Translations under genes and position numbers: made by a program
NCBI GenBank assembly: GCA_041485695.1
Contig: JBGPJZ010000002.1
Span: forward strand, 65,499 to 129,498
Reading direction: 5' to 3'
From: Minisyncoccia bacterium
GTDB lineage: Bacteria > Patescibacteriota > Minisyncoccia > Phycocordibacterales > Phycocordibacteraceae
Length of the DNA: 64,000 bases
Notes under the pieces: generated by a model
Told to the model about the DNA's origin: nothing
What the model saw: the letters and a program-made list of their open reading frames with translations, nothing else
Database searches by the model: none
Part shown: positions 29,743-39,638 of the stretch, one piece after another
Position numbering within the stretch: the stretch's first letter is position 1
Layout of the letters: each line of letters starts with the position of its first letter

Positions 29743-30516
29743 TTATTTTGCGCGCGCGGCAAGCGTCTTAAACGCCTCCTCCGGGTTCTCGATGATGAGG
29801 TAGCGATACGAGAGCAAGGAGAGCGGGTTAACGTTCCGGATGTCTTCAGTCGCGATATTGCCAAGATTACGGAAGCTCTTCACCGCGTTCGCCTCGTGCT
29901 TTGAAAGCGCAATCAAAACAGTATTCTTGTTCTTCTCGAGCAATTTTGCATCTGCGGCCTTACCGAGCGCGATGAGCGATGCAATCGCTCCCTTCGTCGA
30001 CGGCGCGCCAAAGGCAAACTGGTCGACCAAGATCACTTCGCCGTCTTTTGCCTTGCGTGAGAGCACGGAAACAAGGGCCTGTACCTTCATCTTGCGATTT
30101 ATCTTTTCGTGATAGTCGCGCTCAACTCTCGGCCCGAAGGTAACGCCGCCGTGGCGCCAAATCGGCGAACGTGTCGAACCGTGGCGCGCTTGGCCGGTGC
30201 CCTTCTGCTTCCATGGCTTACGGCCCCCGCCTGCGACCTCGGCGCGGTTCTTGGTGTGAGCGCGGTTCTGTCGCTTGTTCGCCGCAAGGGCGGTTGTTAC
30301 CTGGTGCACCATGTCTGCGCGCCACTTCGCGCCGAAAATTTTTGCTGGGAGCGTTACCGTTCCAACTTTCTTTCCGACCGCTGAAAAGACGGCGAGCTCT
30401 CGTACCTCACCGGCGGCAGGCGCAACTTTCGCAGCGCGAGGCTTCGCAACGCGCTTTACCGACGCCCTCTTCGGGCCGGTGTCCGCAGTCTTACGGTTGA
30501 TAGGTTTTGTAGCCAT
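29743..30516 (-). CDS. rplD: 50S ribosomal protein uL4 with a basic N-tail
   Basis: GGGRKPWKQKGTGQARHGS and GGVTFGP. Confidence 0.98.
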   Translation of the reverse strand: MATKPINRKTADTGPKRASVKRVAKPRAAKVAPAAGEVRELAVFSAVGKKVGTVTLPAKIFGAKWRADMVHQVTTALAANKRQNRAHTKNRAEVAGGGRKPWKQKGTGQARHGSTRSPIWRHGGVTFGPRVERDYHEKINRKMKVQALVSVLSRKAKDGEVILVDQFAFGAPSTKGAIASLIALGKAADAKLLEKNKNTVLIALSKHEANAVKSFRNLGNIATEDIRNVNPLSLLSYRYLIIENPEEAFKTLAARAK

Positions 30517-30520
30517 ACAA

Positions 30521-31156
30521 TTATTTACCCGTCTTTAAGGAGGGTTGAGAAACGACCTCGAGCAAGGCGCCGCGTACGCCAGGAACGGCGCCCGAGACGA
30601 CCATTTCGCTCGCGATCGGGTCAATCGCAAGCACCTTTAGATTTTTCACGGTTACGCGGTCGCTCCCCATCCTGCCCGGCATGCGCATGCCTTTGGCGAC
30701 GCGGCCGCCAGCGCGGCCGCCCGAGCCGCCGATAGAGCCGCCCTCGCGCTCCGAGTGCTTCTGGCCGTGGGTCCGCGGGCCGCCATGAAAGCCATGGCGC
30801 TTCACGACGCCTGCAAAGCCGTGGCCTTTTGAAATACCAGATACCTGTACGACATCGCCAATCGCAAATGTATCAATCTTTATTTCAGAACCAACCTCCG
30901 CAGTAGCATCAGTACGAAATTCGCGGATCGCCTTGTAAGCCTTGCCCTTCGTGTGGCCCAAGACTGCCTTGCTGACATTTTTTGTTTTGCGCGTGCCCGT
31001 ACCAACCTGTATAGCCGAGTACGCGTCTTTGCCCTCTTTAGTTTTGACGGCGGTCACGATGACTGAGTCTACCTTGAGCACGGTGCCAGCCAGCGCACGG
31101 CCGTCATCCGTGAAGACTCGCGTCATGCCCTCTTTCTTTGCAAGAATGAATTTCAT
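30521..31156 (-). CDS. rplC: 50S ribosomal protein uL3
   Basis: MKFILAKKEGMT, KGHGFAGVVKRHGF and GAVPG; true ATG at 31154-31156. Confidence 0.98.
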   Translation of the reverse strand: MKFILAKKEGMTRVFTDDGRALAGTVLKVDSVIVTAVKTKEGKDAYSAIQVGTGTRKTKNVSKAVLGHTKGKAYKAIREFRTDATAEVGSEIKIDTFAIGDVVQVSGISKGHGFAGVVKRHGFHGGPRTHGQKHSEREGGSIGGSGGRAGGRVAKGMRMPGRMGSDRVTVKNLKVLAIDPIASEMVVSGAVPGVRGALLEVVSQPSLKTGK

Positions 31157-31270
31157 CGAAAATAGAAATCGCGCACCAGCAATCGCTGGTGCGCGATTTG
31201 CTGGAGGTCCTTCGGCAAGAGCCTCAGGACATAGCGACTCGGGCACTTTACACGAGCCCTAACAATTATG
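31157..31270 (-). promoter_or_regulatory. Structured rplC leader ending in a terminator-like hairpin
   Basis: CATAAT -10 box (31265-31270), two small hairpins, then a 15-bp hairpin (31166-31199) and a T-rich tract just before the ATG. Confidence 0.6.
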
Positions 31271-31294
31271 CAAGAAACGCAAAACCCGCCTCAT

Positions 31295-31329
31295 AAAGAA
31301 GACGCCGTCGCGGTAACCCGCGACGGCGT
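31295..31329 (-). terminator. Terminator after the sugar transferase
   Basis: ACGCCGTCGCGG/CCGCGACGGCGT hairpin followed by CTTCTTT. Confidence 0.7.
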
Positions 31330-31353
31330 TTATTTTTCGTGATTCTCGATACG

Positions 31354-31938
31354 TCAGATGCCCTGACCCTGGAATACGACGAGGACCGTTCTCCCCAAGA
31401 GACGGAGATCGAGCGCGAAGCATGAGTGCTCGATATACCACAGGTCCCAATTACGGGTTCGGCGGTAGTTCCCTCGCACCGAGGCGGCTCTGCCTTTGAT
31501 CGCGGCCGGTCCCGTGATGCCCGGTCGCACAAAGTGACGCCGACTGAAGCCTGGCACCTCTTTGGCGAGTCGGGCAACGAGATCCACTGGCTGGGGTCGC
31601 GGGCCGACCACACTCATGTCTCCCACGAATACGTTCCAGAACTGGGGGAACTCGTCGATACGTCGCCGCCGAAGGAATTTCCCGAAGCGAGTGAGCCGTG
31701 GGTCGTCTTGTGACGAGATGAAATCCTGTGCGCGAGCTGACCCGGGCTGCATGGTACGGAACTTGTAGCAGCGGAATGTCTTTCCGCCCTTGCCAACCCG
31801 AAGCCCGGCATAGAACGCCCGCCCTTCAGGCGAGTCGATAACGACCATAAGCGCGATAAGCGCGTACAGCCAGCAAAAGCAAAGCAAGAACGTAGCCGAG
31901 ACGGCTACGTCGAAGATACGTTTAACCAAAGAGTACAT
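31354..31938 (-). CDS. Polyprenyl-phosphate sugar phosphotransferase (Bac_transf family)
   Basis: KRIFD, KFRTM, DDPRLT, IDEFPQ and GDMSVVGPRP; TTGACA-17-TAAAGT promoter and GGAGG SD. Confidence 0.93.
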   Translation of the reverse strand: MYSLVKRIFDVAVSATFLLCFCWLYALIALMVVIDSPEGRAFYAGLRVGKGGKTFRCYKFRTMQPGSARAQDFISSQDDPRLTRFGKFLRRRRIDEFPQFWNVFVGDMSVVGPRPQPVDLVARLAKEVPGFSRRHFVRPGITGPAAIKGRAASVRGNYRRTRNWDLWYIEHSCFALDLRLLGRTVLVVFQGQGI

Positions 31939-32116
31939 AGCAAATGCCCTCCGTTTGGACCTAAAACCTGCGTGGACTTTACCGACAGGCCCTCGTATTG
32001 TCAATAGTAACGCAAAACCGGCCATACGGCCGGTTTTGCGCAAGCGAAGCGGAAATTCTTATGGAGACAGTAAGTATTTGTTTATCTCTGCCGGAAGAAG
32101 GACTTCCGCGAAACGT

Positions 32117-32560
32117 CTACGCCATTTTAACGTCAATCGTGACGCCGGAGGGGAGATTGAGATTCGTGAGCGCTTCGATTACTTTCGGCGAAGGGTTCAA
32201 GATATCAATCAAGCGTTTGTGAATGCGCATCTCGAACTGTTCGCGTGCGTCTTTGTGGACGAAGGTCGAACGGTTTACCGTCCAGCGCTTGATTTCGGTC
32301 GGCAAAGGCACTGGGCCGACGACCTTCGCGTCGAGGCGTGCGGCCGTGTCCATAATCTGCTTCACCGAGACATCGAGGATCTTGTGCTCGTATGCGCGAA
32401 CGCGAATACGGAGCTTGTGCTCGACGAGGGGTGCGGCGGGAGCGGCCGCGCTTTTTCTGGCCGGAGCCTTCGCGCGCGGCGCTCCGCCAGCCGGCGGACG
32501 AGCCGCGCTCTTCGCTGACGCTTTCTTCACCGTTCGTTTCGCTTTAACCGCCGTCGCCAT
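32117..32560 (-). CDS. rpsJ: 30S ribosomal protein uS10 with a Lys/Ala/Pro N-tail
   Basis: LRIRVRAYEH, GPVPLPT and REQFEMRIHKRLIDI. Confidence 0.98.
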   Translation of the reverse strand: MATAVKAKRTVKKASAKSAARPPAGGAPRAKAPARKSAAAPAAPLVEHKLRIRVRAYEHKILDVSVKQIMDTAARLDAKVVGPVPLPTEIKRWTVNRSTFVHKDAREQFEMRIHKRLIDILNPSPKVIEALTNLNLPSGVTIDVKMA

Positions 32561-32565
32561 TATAG

Positions 32566-33765
32566 TTAGGCCGTAATCTTCGTTACGACGCCGGCTCCAA
32601 CCGTCTTGCCTCCTTCGCGTATAGCGAAGCGCTGATTTGCTTCAAGCGCGACTGGTGCAACGAGCTTCACCTTGAAGGTGATCGTGTCGCCCGGCATCAC
32701 CATCTCCTTCCCTTCCGGCAGGGTCACTTCGCCGGTCACGTCCGTGGTGCGGATGTAGAACTGCGGCTTGTAGCCGGTGAAGAATGGCGTGTGTCGGCCG
32801 CCTTCATCCTTGCCGAGAATGTATACCTCTGCGTCGAAGTCGGTGTGTGGAGTTACCGAGCCCGTCTTCGCGATGACCTGGCCGCGATGCACATCTTCCT
32901 TCTTCGTACCGCGCAGGAGGATTCCGGCATTGTCGCCTGCCATGCCCTCCTGGAGCTGCTTGTTGAACATTTCAATGCCAGTGACGGTCGACTTCGCCGT
33001 CGGCTTCAAGCCGACGATCTCAACTTCCTCACCCACTTTCACCTTCCCGCGCTCGATGCGGCCGGTGACGACGGTTCCGCGGCCTTCAATCGAGAAGATG
33101 TCTTCTATAGGCATCAGGAACGGCTTGTCCACTTCACGCGCAGGGATCTCGAAGTACGTGTCCATGGTGTCGACGAGCTCCTTCGCCTTCATCGCCCATT
33201 CGTCCTCGGCGTTCTTCGCTTCAAGCGCTTTCAAGCCCGAGCCGCGGATAATCGGCGTATTAACGCCGTCGTAGCCCTGCTTCGTAAGGAGTTCGCGCAC
33301 TTCCTCTTCAACGAGGTCGATGAGGTCTGCCTCGGCGACCATGTCTACTTTGTTGAGGAAGACGATGAGCTTTTTCAATCCCACCTGCTTTGCAAGGAGG
33401 ATGTGCTCACGCGTCTGCGGCATCACGCCGTCGGTGGCGGCGACGACGAGGACGGCTCCGTCCATCTGGGCGGCGCCCGTGATCATGTTCTTAATATAGT
33501 CAGCGTGGCCCGGCGCATCGATGTGCGCGTAGTGGCGAGAGGGCGTCTCGTACTCCGAGTGGTGGAGGGCGATGGTAATGCCGCGCGCCTTCTCTTCCGG
33601 TGCGCTGTCGATTTTATCAACGGCCTCAACCCTAGCGCTGTAGCCCTTGTCCTTCAGCATATCGAGCGTATGGAGGATGCCAGCGGTGAGGGTCGTCTTG
33701 CCGTGGTCGACGTGACCAATAGTGCCGACGTTCATATGCGGCTTCGCACGATTGAATTCTGCCAT
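32566..33765 (-). CDS. tuf: Elongation factor Tu
   Basis: [22 protein letters not shown] and NKVD; true ATG at 33763-33765. Confidence 0.99.
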   Translation of the reverse strand: MAEFNRAKPHMNVGTIGHVDHGKTTLTAGILHTLDMLKDKGYSARVEAVDKIDSAPEEKARGITIALHHSEYETPSRHYAHIDAPGHADYIKNMITGAAQMDGAVLVVAATDGVMPQTREHILLAKQVGLKKLIVFLNKVDMVAEADLIDLVEEEVRELLTKQGYDGVNTPIIRGSGLKALEAKNAEDEWAMKAKELVDTMDTYFEIPAREVDKPFLMPIEDIFSIEGRGTVVTGRIERGKVKVGEEVEIVGLKPTAKSTVTGIEMFNKQLQEGMAGDNAGILLRGTKKEDVHRGQVIAKTGSVTPHTDFDAEVYILGKDEGGRHTPFFTGYKPQFYIRTTDVTGEVTLPEGKEMVMPGDTITFKVKLVAPVALEANQRFAIREGGKTVGAGVVTKITA

Positions 33766-33935
33766 GGTAGCGATTGGTAAATAATTCGCCCACTTGCGTG
33801 GGAGAAAGCTTAATAATTGACGCGCCAACCGCGCACACGACAAAGTACACGCGGTGACTTGCGTTATCTATGAATGTACACAAAACGTCCCGAAAACGCA
33901 AGCGACTTCAAAAAAGTAAGACGGCCAGTGTTTCC

Positions 33936-34142
33936 TTACGAAACACTGGCCGATTCTTGTACGTCGCTGGTAATTCGCAAAAGGGGTTCGATTCCTTTGC
34001 GCATCTGCGCAATAATGAGCAATGCACCGTGGATGTCTTCGTCGTTCACACAGGCCTCAAGTTCGTCCAGATACGTTTTGAGCGCATGTGCTCGTTGTAC
34101 ACGAGGACTCTCCGCCCCCAAATCTTGATCGGTACCAGACAT
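33936..34142 (-). CDS. Orphan hypothetical protein (68 aa)
   Basis: GGAGG SD 5 nt before the ATG; helical acidic sequence. Confidence 0.55.
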   Translation of the reverse strand: MSGTDQDLGAESPRVQRAHALKTYLDELEACVNDEDIHGALLIIAQMRKGIEPLLRITSDVQESASVS

Positions 34143-34247
34143 GATTTCCTCCCTCAGTTCTAAAAGAGGTAACGCGCCATTTTTCAATAAAGTAACGCTT
34201 GGCCGCTGTTTCCCCGAAACAGCGGCCAACTGAGCGAGCGGAACGAT

Positions 34248-34526
34248 TCAAATCAGGTGTTTTGGAACCTCTTTTTTCCCGTTTGGCGTAAAGGGCGGCC
34301 ATGACGGGAGTGGACGTCCGTGATATCGGAGATAGATGCGATAGGCAAACTCAATGCGTCGTTCCCATGGTGGCGGCCTGTCCTTTCGCGGCTTTGGTGA
34401 GAACGGCGCGTTTTCAAGCAGTGCATCTCGAATTTTCGCCACCGCGACGTACTCTTCGTGTGTCACCGGATATCGTCCGCATCCATAGGCAATGTTCGAT
34501 TCTGACACTCTGCTCTGTATGTTCAT
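34248..34526 (-). CDS. Orphan hypothetical protein (~92 aa)
   Basis: GGGAG SD before MNIQSR; alternative start at 34544. Confidence 0.5.
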   Translation of the reverse strand: MNIQSRVSESNIAYGCGRYPVTHEEYVAVAKIRDALLENAPFSPKPRKDRPPPWERRIEFAYRIYLRYHGRPLPSWPPFTPNGKKEVPKHLI

Positions 34527-34594
34527 CTTGCTACTCCCATACATCTCTCCCTATCATAGCAGTACCAAAAGCCCCGCAATTGTGGAGATTTGTC

Positions 34595-36742
34595 TTATTT
34601 TCGGCTCGCGATAATGTCGTCGGCGACGTTTTTTGGGACAACGTCGTAATGGTCGAATTCCATGGTCATAGAGCCGCGGCCTTCGGTCATAGAACGAAGC
34701 GTCGTCGTGTAGCCAAACATTTCCGAGAGCGGGACTTTTGCTTTAATCGCCTTGTTCATACCGCGATCCTCCATGCCCTCGATGGCGCCGCGCTTACCCG
34801 AGAGGTTGCCGGTGATGTCGCCCATGAATTGCTCGGGGACGACAACCTCAATCCTCATAATTGGCTCAAGCAAGACTGGCTTCGCCCGCTGTGCCGCTTC
34901 TTTAAACGCCATCGATGCAGCGATTTTAAAAGCAATTTCAGACGAGTCGACATCGTGGTAGGAGCCATCGTAGAGCTCGACAGAAATGTCGACAACCGGG
35001 AAGCCGGCCAAGATACCCCTATCCATCGACTCGCGAATACCTTTTTCAACGGGAGCAATAAACTCCTGTGGGATGACGCCGCCCTTGATGTTGTTGATGA
35101 ATTCGAAGTGGTCTTCTCGTGTAACGTTCTTTGCAATCTTCTTCTCGGGGTCGAGCTCCTCCATCTTCTTCATGCGGATACGCACATGGCCGTATTGTCC
35201 CTTACCACCGGTCTGTTTGATGTACTTCCCTTCTGCCTCCGAGTTGCCGAGGATTGTTTCGCGATACGCGACTTGCGGCTTCCCCACGTCTGCGACCACG
35301 TTGAATTCGCGCTTCATGCGGTCTACCAAGATTTCAAGATGGAGTTCACCCATGCCAGAGATAATCGTCTCCATCGTCTCTTGGTCAGAGGTAACGCGGA
35401 AGGTGGGGTCTTCATCTGAAAGTTTCTTGAGCGCCATGCCCATCCTCTCCTGATCGGCCTTGGTCTTAGGCTCGATGCGGAGCGAGACCACCGGTTCATG
35501 GAATTTGATGGTCTCCAAAATAATCGGCGAGTTCTCATCGCAGAGCGTGTGCGAGGTACGGGTATCCTTAAGCCCGACCGCGGCCGCGATTTCTCCCGAA
35601 AATACCTTCTTCACCTCTTCGCGCTTGTCAGCCTGGAGCCGGACGATGCGGCCGACGCGCTCCTTGGTGCCCGTCGTTGCATTGTAGAGATACGAGCCTG
35701 CTTCAAGCGTGCCCGAGTAGACGCGAAAGAAGGTCAACTGCCCGACAAACGGGTCAGCTTGGAGTTTGAACGCGAGCGCGGTAAAGGGCTCGTCATCATT
35801 GGCGTAACGCACCACCTCTTCACCCGTCTTCGGATTGATGCCTTTCACGGGCGGCATGTCGAGGGGCGACGGGAGATAGTCGACGACGCCATCGAGGACG
35901 AGCTGGACGCCCTTATTCTTCAAAGCCGAGCCCGTGAAGACGGGGAAAATCTCATTATTAATGACTGCCTTGCGCAGAATCTTTTTTAGCTCTTCAACAC
36001 CTGGCTCCTCCCCTTCTAAATACGCGGCCATTGCCACGTCATCGTGCTCGACGATGCGCTCGATGAGCTCTGCGCGAAACTTTGTTGCCTCTTCGAGGAG
36101 GTTCGCGGGCACCTCGCCCTCAACGACATCCTCGCCCATCTCGCCCTCAAAATGGTACGCCTTCATTTTGAGGAGATCGATGACGCCTTCATGCTCACTC
36201 TCCTCCCCTATGGGGATCTGCATACGCACGGCCTTTTTTGAAAGGCGGTCGAGGATAGATGCATAGGAGCGCTCAAAGGAGGCGCCTGTGCGGTCAAGCT
36301 TGTTAATGAAGCAGAGGCGCGGCACGTTTGCCTCGTCGGCGTAGCGCCAGTTCGTCTCGCTTTGCGGCTCAACACCCGCGACACCGTCGAAGACGACGAC
36401 GGCGCCGTCGAGGACGCGCATCGAGCGCTTCACCTCAACGGTGAAGTCAATGTGCCCCGGCGTGTCGATGACGTTGAAGCGGGTCTTTTTTGAAATATCC
36501 TTTTTGTCCTTTTCAGTCGAAAGCGTCCAAAAGCAGGTGATGGCAGCAGCGGTGATAGTGATGCCGCGCTCGCGCTCTTGCTCCATCCAGTCGGTAGTCG
36601 TATCGCCCTCGTGCACCTCGCCGATCTTGTGCTGGCTCCCGGTATAGAAAAGGACGCGTTCAGACGTGGTCGTCTTGCCCGCGTCGATGTGCGCGATGAT
36701 GCCGAAGTTGCGCACGCGTTCTAGTGGATAATCTCTGTTCAT
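34595..36742 (-). CDS. fusA: Elongation factor G
   Basis: [24 protein letters not shown] and YHDVDSSE; true ATG at 36740-36742. Confidence 0.99.
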   Translation of the reverse strand: MNRDYPLERVRNFGIIAHIDAGKTTTSERVLFYTGSQHKIGEVHEGDTTTDWMEQERERGITITAAAITCFWTLSTEKDKKDISKKTRFNVIDTPGHIDFTVEVKRSMRVLDGAVVVFDGVAGVEPQSETNWRYADEANVPRLCFINKLDRTGASFERSYASILDRLSKKAVRMQIPIGEESEHEGVIDLLKMKAYHFEGEMGEDVVEGEVPANLLEEATKFRAELIERIVEHDDVAMAAYLEGEEPGVEELKKILRKAVINNEIFPVFTGSALKNKGVQLVLDGVVDYLPSPLDMPPVKGINPKTGEEVVRYANDDEPFTALAFKLQADPFVGQLTFFRVYSGTLEAGSYLYNATTGTKERVGRIVRLQADKREEVKKVFSGEIAAAVGLKDTRTSHTLCDENSPIILETIKFHEPVVSLRIEPKTKADQERMGMALKKLSDEDPTFRVTSDQETMETIISGMGELHLEILVDRMKREFNVVADVGKPQVAYRETILGNSEAEGKYIKQTGGKGQYGHVRIRMKKMEELDPEKKIAKNVTREDHFEFINNIKGGVIPQEFIAPVEKGIRESMDRGILAGFPVVDISVELYDGSYHDVDSSEIAFKIAASMAFKEAAQRAKPVLLEPIMRIEVVVPEQFMGDITGNLSGKRGAIEGMEDRGMNKAIKAKVPLSEMFGYTTTLRSMTEGRGSMTMEFDHYDVVPKNVADDIIASRK

Positions 36743-36860
36743 GAGTGGAATAAAAAATGCCCGTGGGGCGTTTCCGTACAATAGCGAATTCTGTATAAAA
36801 AGCAAAGTCTTGAAGTATGCACGCATTACTAGTACATTCAGCAACGGAAAGGAGATTGTC

Positions 36861-37211
36861 ATGACCGCCACGATCCGCACTCGACGCGCTAATAAATGGT
36901 CGCCGCATAAAGTCGTGAGCAAGCATGAAAAGCAGCTCAAGCGGCTCGGCTTTAAGCGTTGGCACCGTTCTGAATGTGTCGTTACCTCCCTGCCGCTCCC
37001 CTGCTTTCGAGTGAACCTCTTAGTAGCAACAGCGTGCGGGGCCGTGTATCGGACCTACGCGAGAGACGAACATCGGCGCGACTGGTACATTGGAGAAAAG
37101 GTTGACTTGAAACCGCTCGGTTTCGTTGAGCTCATCCGTTCCACCGCACCGGTCGATATCGAAACTCTCAACTACAAACTCGAGCACCCAAGAGCCATTG
37201 TATATATTTAA
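36861..37211 (+). CDS. Orphan hypothetical protein inserted between rpsG and fusA
   Basis: TTGAAG-17-TACATT promoter, AAGGAG SD, 116 aa, ends at hairpin 37225-37248. Confidence 0.7.
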   Translation: MTATIRTRRANKWSPHKVVSKHEKQLKRLGFKRWHRSECVVTSLPLPCFRVNLLVATACGAVYRTYARDEHRRDWYIGEKVDLKPLGFVELIRSTAPVDIETLNYKLEHPRAIVYI

Positions 37212-37224
37212 ATTCCGCATAAGC

Positions 37225-37249
37225 AATCGGCGCCTCCGGGCGCCGATTT
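37225..37249. terminator. Hairpin between the convergent orphan and rpsG
   Basis: AATCGGCGCC-tccg-GGCGCCGATT. Confidence 0.65.
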
Positions 37250-37251
37250 CT

Positions 37252-37716
37252 CTACCATGCGAAATGGGCAAAGGCTTTGTTGGCCTCGGCCATGCGGTGC
37301 ATCTCGTCCTTCTTCTTGATTGCATCGCCCTCATTCTTTGCAGCAAGAGAGAGCTCTTCAGCAAGTTTTATAGCCATAGGGCGGCCCTTTTTAGAGCGGG
37401 CGCCGCCGATGATCCAACGGTACGCGAGCGCAAGGCGGCGATTCTGCGGCACCTCGCGAGGCACCTGGTAGTTCGCGCCGCCGACGCGGCGACTTCGCAC
37501 CTCCATCAAGGGCGAGACATTGCGAATAGCCGCCTCAAAGGTCTCAAGCGGGTCTGCTCCGCCCTCTTTTATTTTTGAAAGTGCGCCGTACACGACTTTG
37601 CGCGCCGTATCTTTCTTGCCGTCCCACATGACCGCGTTAATGAAACGAGTGACGTCTATTGATTTATATTGCAAATCTGGCTTCCACGGGCGGCGGGCTT
37701 TTTGAGGGCGTCGCAT
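37252..37716 (-). CDS. rpsG: 30S ribosomal protein uS7
   Basis: SRRVGGANYQVP and HRMAEANKAFAHF. Confidence 0.98.
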   Translation of the reverse strand: MRRPQKARRPWKPDLQYKSIDVTRFINAVMWDGKKDTARKVVYGALSKIKEGGADPLETFEAAIRNVSPLMEVRSRRVGGANYQVPREVPQNRRLALAYRWIIGGARSKKGRPMAIKLAEELSLAAKNEGDAIKKKDEMHRMAEANKAFAHFAW

Positions 37717-37719
37717 AGG

Positions 37720-38127
37720 TTATTTGGGGCGCTTCGCGCCGTAGCGCGAGCGGCCGCGGCGGCGCTTCTCGATACCGCTGGTGTCGAGCTTGCCGCGCAC
37801 GATGGTGTACTGCACGCCGATATCCTTCACGCGGCCGCCGCGCAACATCACGACCGAGTGCTCTTGGAGGTTGTGCCCCTCTCCCGGGATGTAGGCCGTC
37901 ACTTCCATCCCGTTGGTGAGGCGGACGCGGGCAATCTTACGGATAGCGGAGTTCGGTTTGCGAGGGGTCTTGGTGGTCACTTTGACGCAGACGCCGCGCT
38001 TAAAAGGAGCCGGATAGAAGGTCGGACGATTTTTGAGTACGTTAAAGCCGCGCCCGAGCGCGATGACTTTGCTCTTCCTCGACTTGTCGTGTCGACGCTT
38101 CTTTGAAAGCTGATTGATAGTGGCCAT
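37720..38127 (-). CDS. rpsL: 30S ribosomal protein uS12
   Basis: [22 protein letters not shown] and RGGRVKD; TTGCAT-17-TATATT promoter upstream. Confidence 0.99.
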   Translation of the reverse strand: MATINQLSKKRRHDKSRKSKVIALGRGFNVLKNRPTFYPAPFKRGVCVKVTTKTPRKPNSAIRKIARVRLTNGMEVTAYIPGEGHNLQEHSVVMLRGGRVKDIGVQYTIVRGKLDTSGIEKRRRGRSRYGAKRPK

Positions 38128-38207
38128 TTAGAAAAAATCGACCCAGGAGGGGTCAAGGGCAATATAAATGAATTCGCGCTCAAATGCAAACCTTCTCAAG
38201 GGAGATG

Positions 38208-38241
38208 TGAAAAAGGCGGCGCGACGTATCGCGCCGCCCTT
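38208..38241 (-). terminator. Terminator downstream of the PurN-like gene
   Basis: GGCGGCGCGA/TCGCGCCGCC hairpin followed by TTTTT. Confidence 0.75.
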
Positions 38242-38331
38242 CCCTGATGAAGCGAATCCCGCAACCCCGGAAGGGAGACTACCGGAGTGTTTCGCTTCAG
38301 CAAGATGATGCAGCGTAGGAACCAAGGATGT

Positions 38332-38940
38332 TTATACCACGCCAGGAGCAATCTTCGTTAATTGCTCGCGGATGACTTCAGGGTACAGCTTCCGCTCCTC
38401 GACCTTGATCCGTTCCCACAGATGCGCCACGCGCAGAGCGAGTGAGATTGATTCGTCAAGCTCTTCGGGCAATACCGGCACTTCTACTTGGGCGATGACG
38501 GGGCCGCCATCGAGGTCCTCGGTTAGGTAATGGATAGTAGAGCCTGCAATGCTTTCGCGAGCGCGGAGTGTATCAGCGACTGCTTCTTCTCCCTTGTATT
38601 TTGGCAAGAGCGCAGGATGTGAGTTCGTAGCTACGCCGCCGTAGATCGTAAAGAAGACGGGGCTCAAACGAGTATTGAAGCCCATTGACGCCGTCACACG
38701 AATCCCCTCGTCCTCGAGACACTGCGCAACCTCGGCCGAAAAGTCGTCCCGCTTCTCCGGCGTGAATTCTGATCTGCGAAGCGGACGACTGACAAGTTTG
38801 ATGCGCAGACCCTCCGCTTTAGCTACCTCGAGCGCCCGGCAGGGGCGATCGGCCAGGACAATCGCAAAATCTATACCAGCGGCACTTGCCGCTTCTCGCA
38901 GTGTTCCGCTACCAGATACCAGCGCAGCTATCTTGAACAT
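38332..38940 (-). CDS. Formyltransferase (PurN / GAR transformylase-like)
   Basis: IAALVSGSGT, NSHPALLP and GSTIHY..DLDGGPVIAQ; TTGCCC-17-TAAAAT promoter and AGGAG SD. Confidence 0.85.
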   Translation of the reverse strand: MFKIAALVSGSGTLREAASAAGIDFAIVLADRPCRALEVAKAEGLRIKLVSRPLRRSEFTPEKRDDFSAEVAQCLEDEGIRVTASMGFNTRLSPVFFTIYGGVATNSHPALLPKYKGEEAVADTLRARESIAGSTIHYLTEDLDGGPVIAQVEVPVLPEELDESISLALRVAHLWERIKVEERKLYPEVIREQLTKIAPGVV

Positions 38941-38974
38941 TCCTGCTCTCCTCTTAAAACGGTCCCGAGCGATT

Positions 38975-39598
38975 TTACATCCCGCTCAACAAATGGGCAA
39001 GGTAGGCAACAAAAAGTCCGAAGGGACCGATAAATATGAATGAAAAAAGGATGAGTACGAGAATGATGCCTACCGAACCGAGCGCGCGAATGCGATTTTC
39101 AAACATGATGAGATTGTGCGAATAGCTAAAGGGCAAGATGCCGCGGAGGACGGTGTAGCCATCCATCGGCGGGAATGGGATGAGATTGAAAAGGCCGAGA
39201 AAAAGATTGACGAAGCAGATGAGCGCCGCGAAGGCAGCCGCGGCGGGTAACGTACCCGCCGTTGCTCGCGCAATGAAAGCAAAAATAACCGCGAGTAAGA
39301 TGTTGGTCGCTGAGCCCGCGACGGCGACCAACGCCTCGCCCCAGCGTTTATTACGCAAATTATAGGGGTTATAGGGCACCGGCTTTGCCCACCCGAAAAG
39401 CACCCCGGCGTTTGAAAAAACGAGGAGCGCCGGAACGATGATCGAGCCCATAAGGTCGATGTGCGGGAGCGGATTAAGGGTGAGGCGGCCGGCAAGCCGC
39501 GCCGTCGGGTCGCCAAGAGCGTTCGCCGCATAGCCGTGCGCCACCTCGTGCGCAATAACCGAAAGTATAAGGACGATAACGATAAATAGCGGCTCCAT
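38975..39598 (-). CDS. Site-2 protease family (M50) membrane metalloprotease
   Basis: HEVAH, GWAKPVP and FNLIPFPPMDG motifs. Confidence 0.94.
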   Translation of the reverse strand: MEPLFIVIVLILSVIAHEVAHGYAANALGDPTARLAGRLTLNPLPHIDLMGSIIVPALLVFSNAGVLFGWAKPVPYNPYNLRNKRWGEALVAVAGSATNILLAVIFAFIARATAGTLPAAAAFAALICFVNLFLGLFNLIPFPPMDGYTVLRGILPFSYSHNLIMFENRIRALGSVGIILVLILFSFIFIGPFGLFVAYLAHLLSGM

Positions 39599-39638
39599 GC
39601 TTGGCGTGTTCGGTGACTCATGGTAGCATGCGGCGACT

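Noticed and set aside
38244-38300. CTGATGA hammerhead-like core on the + strand
   Set aside because: No GAAA follows the stem; the TGA instead pairs with TCA.
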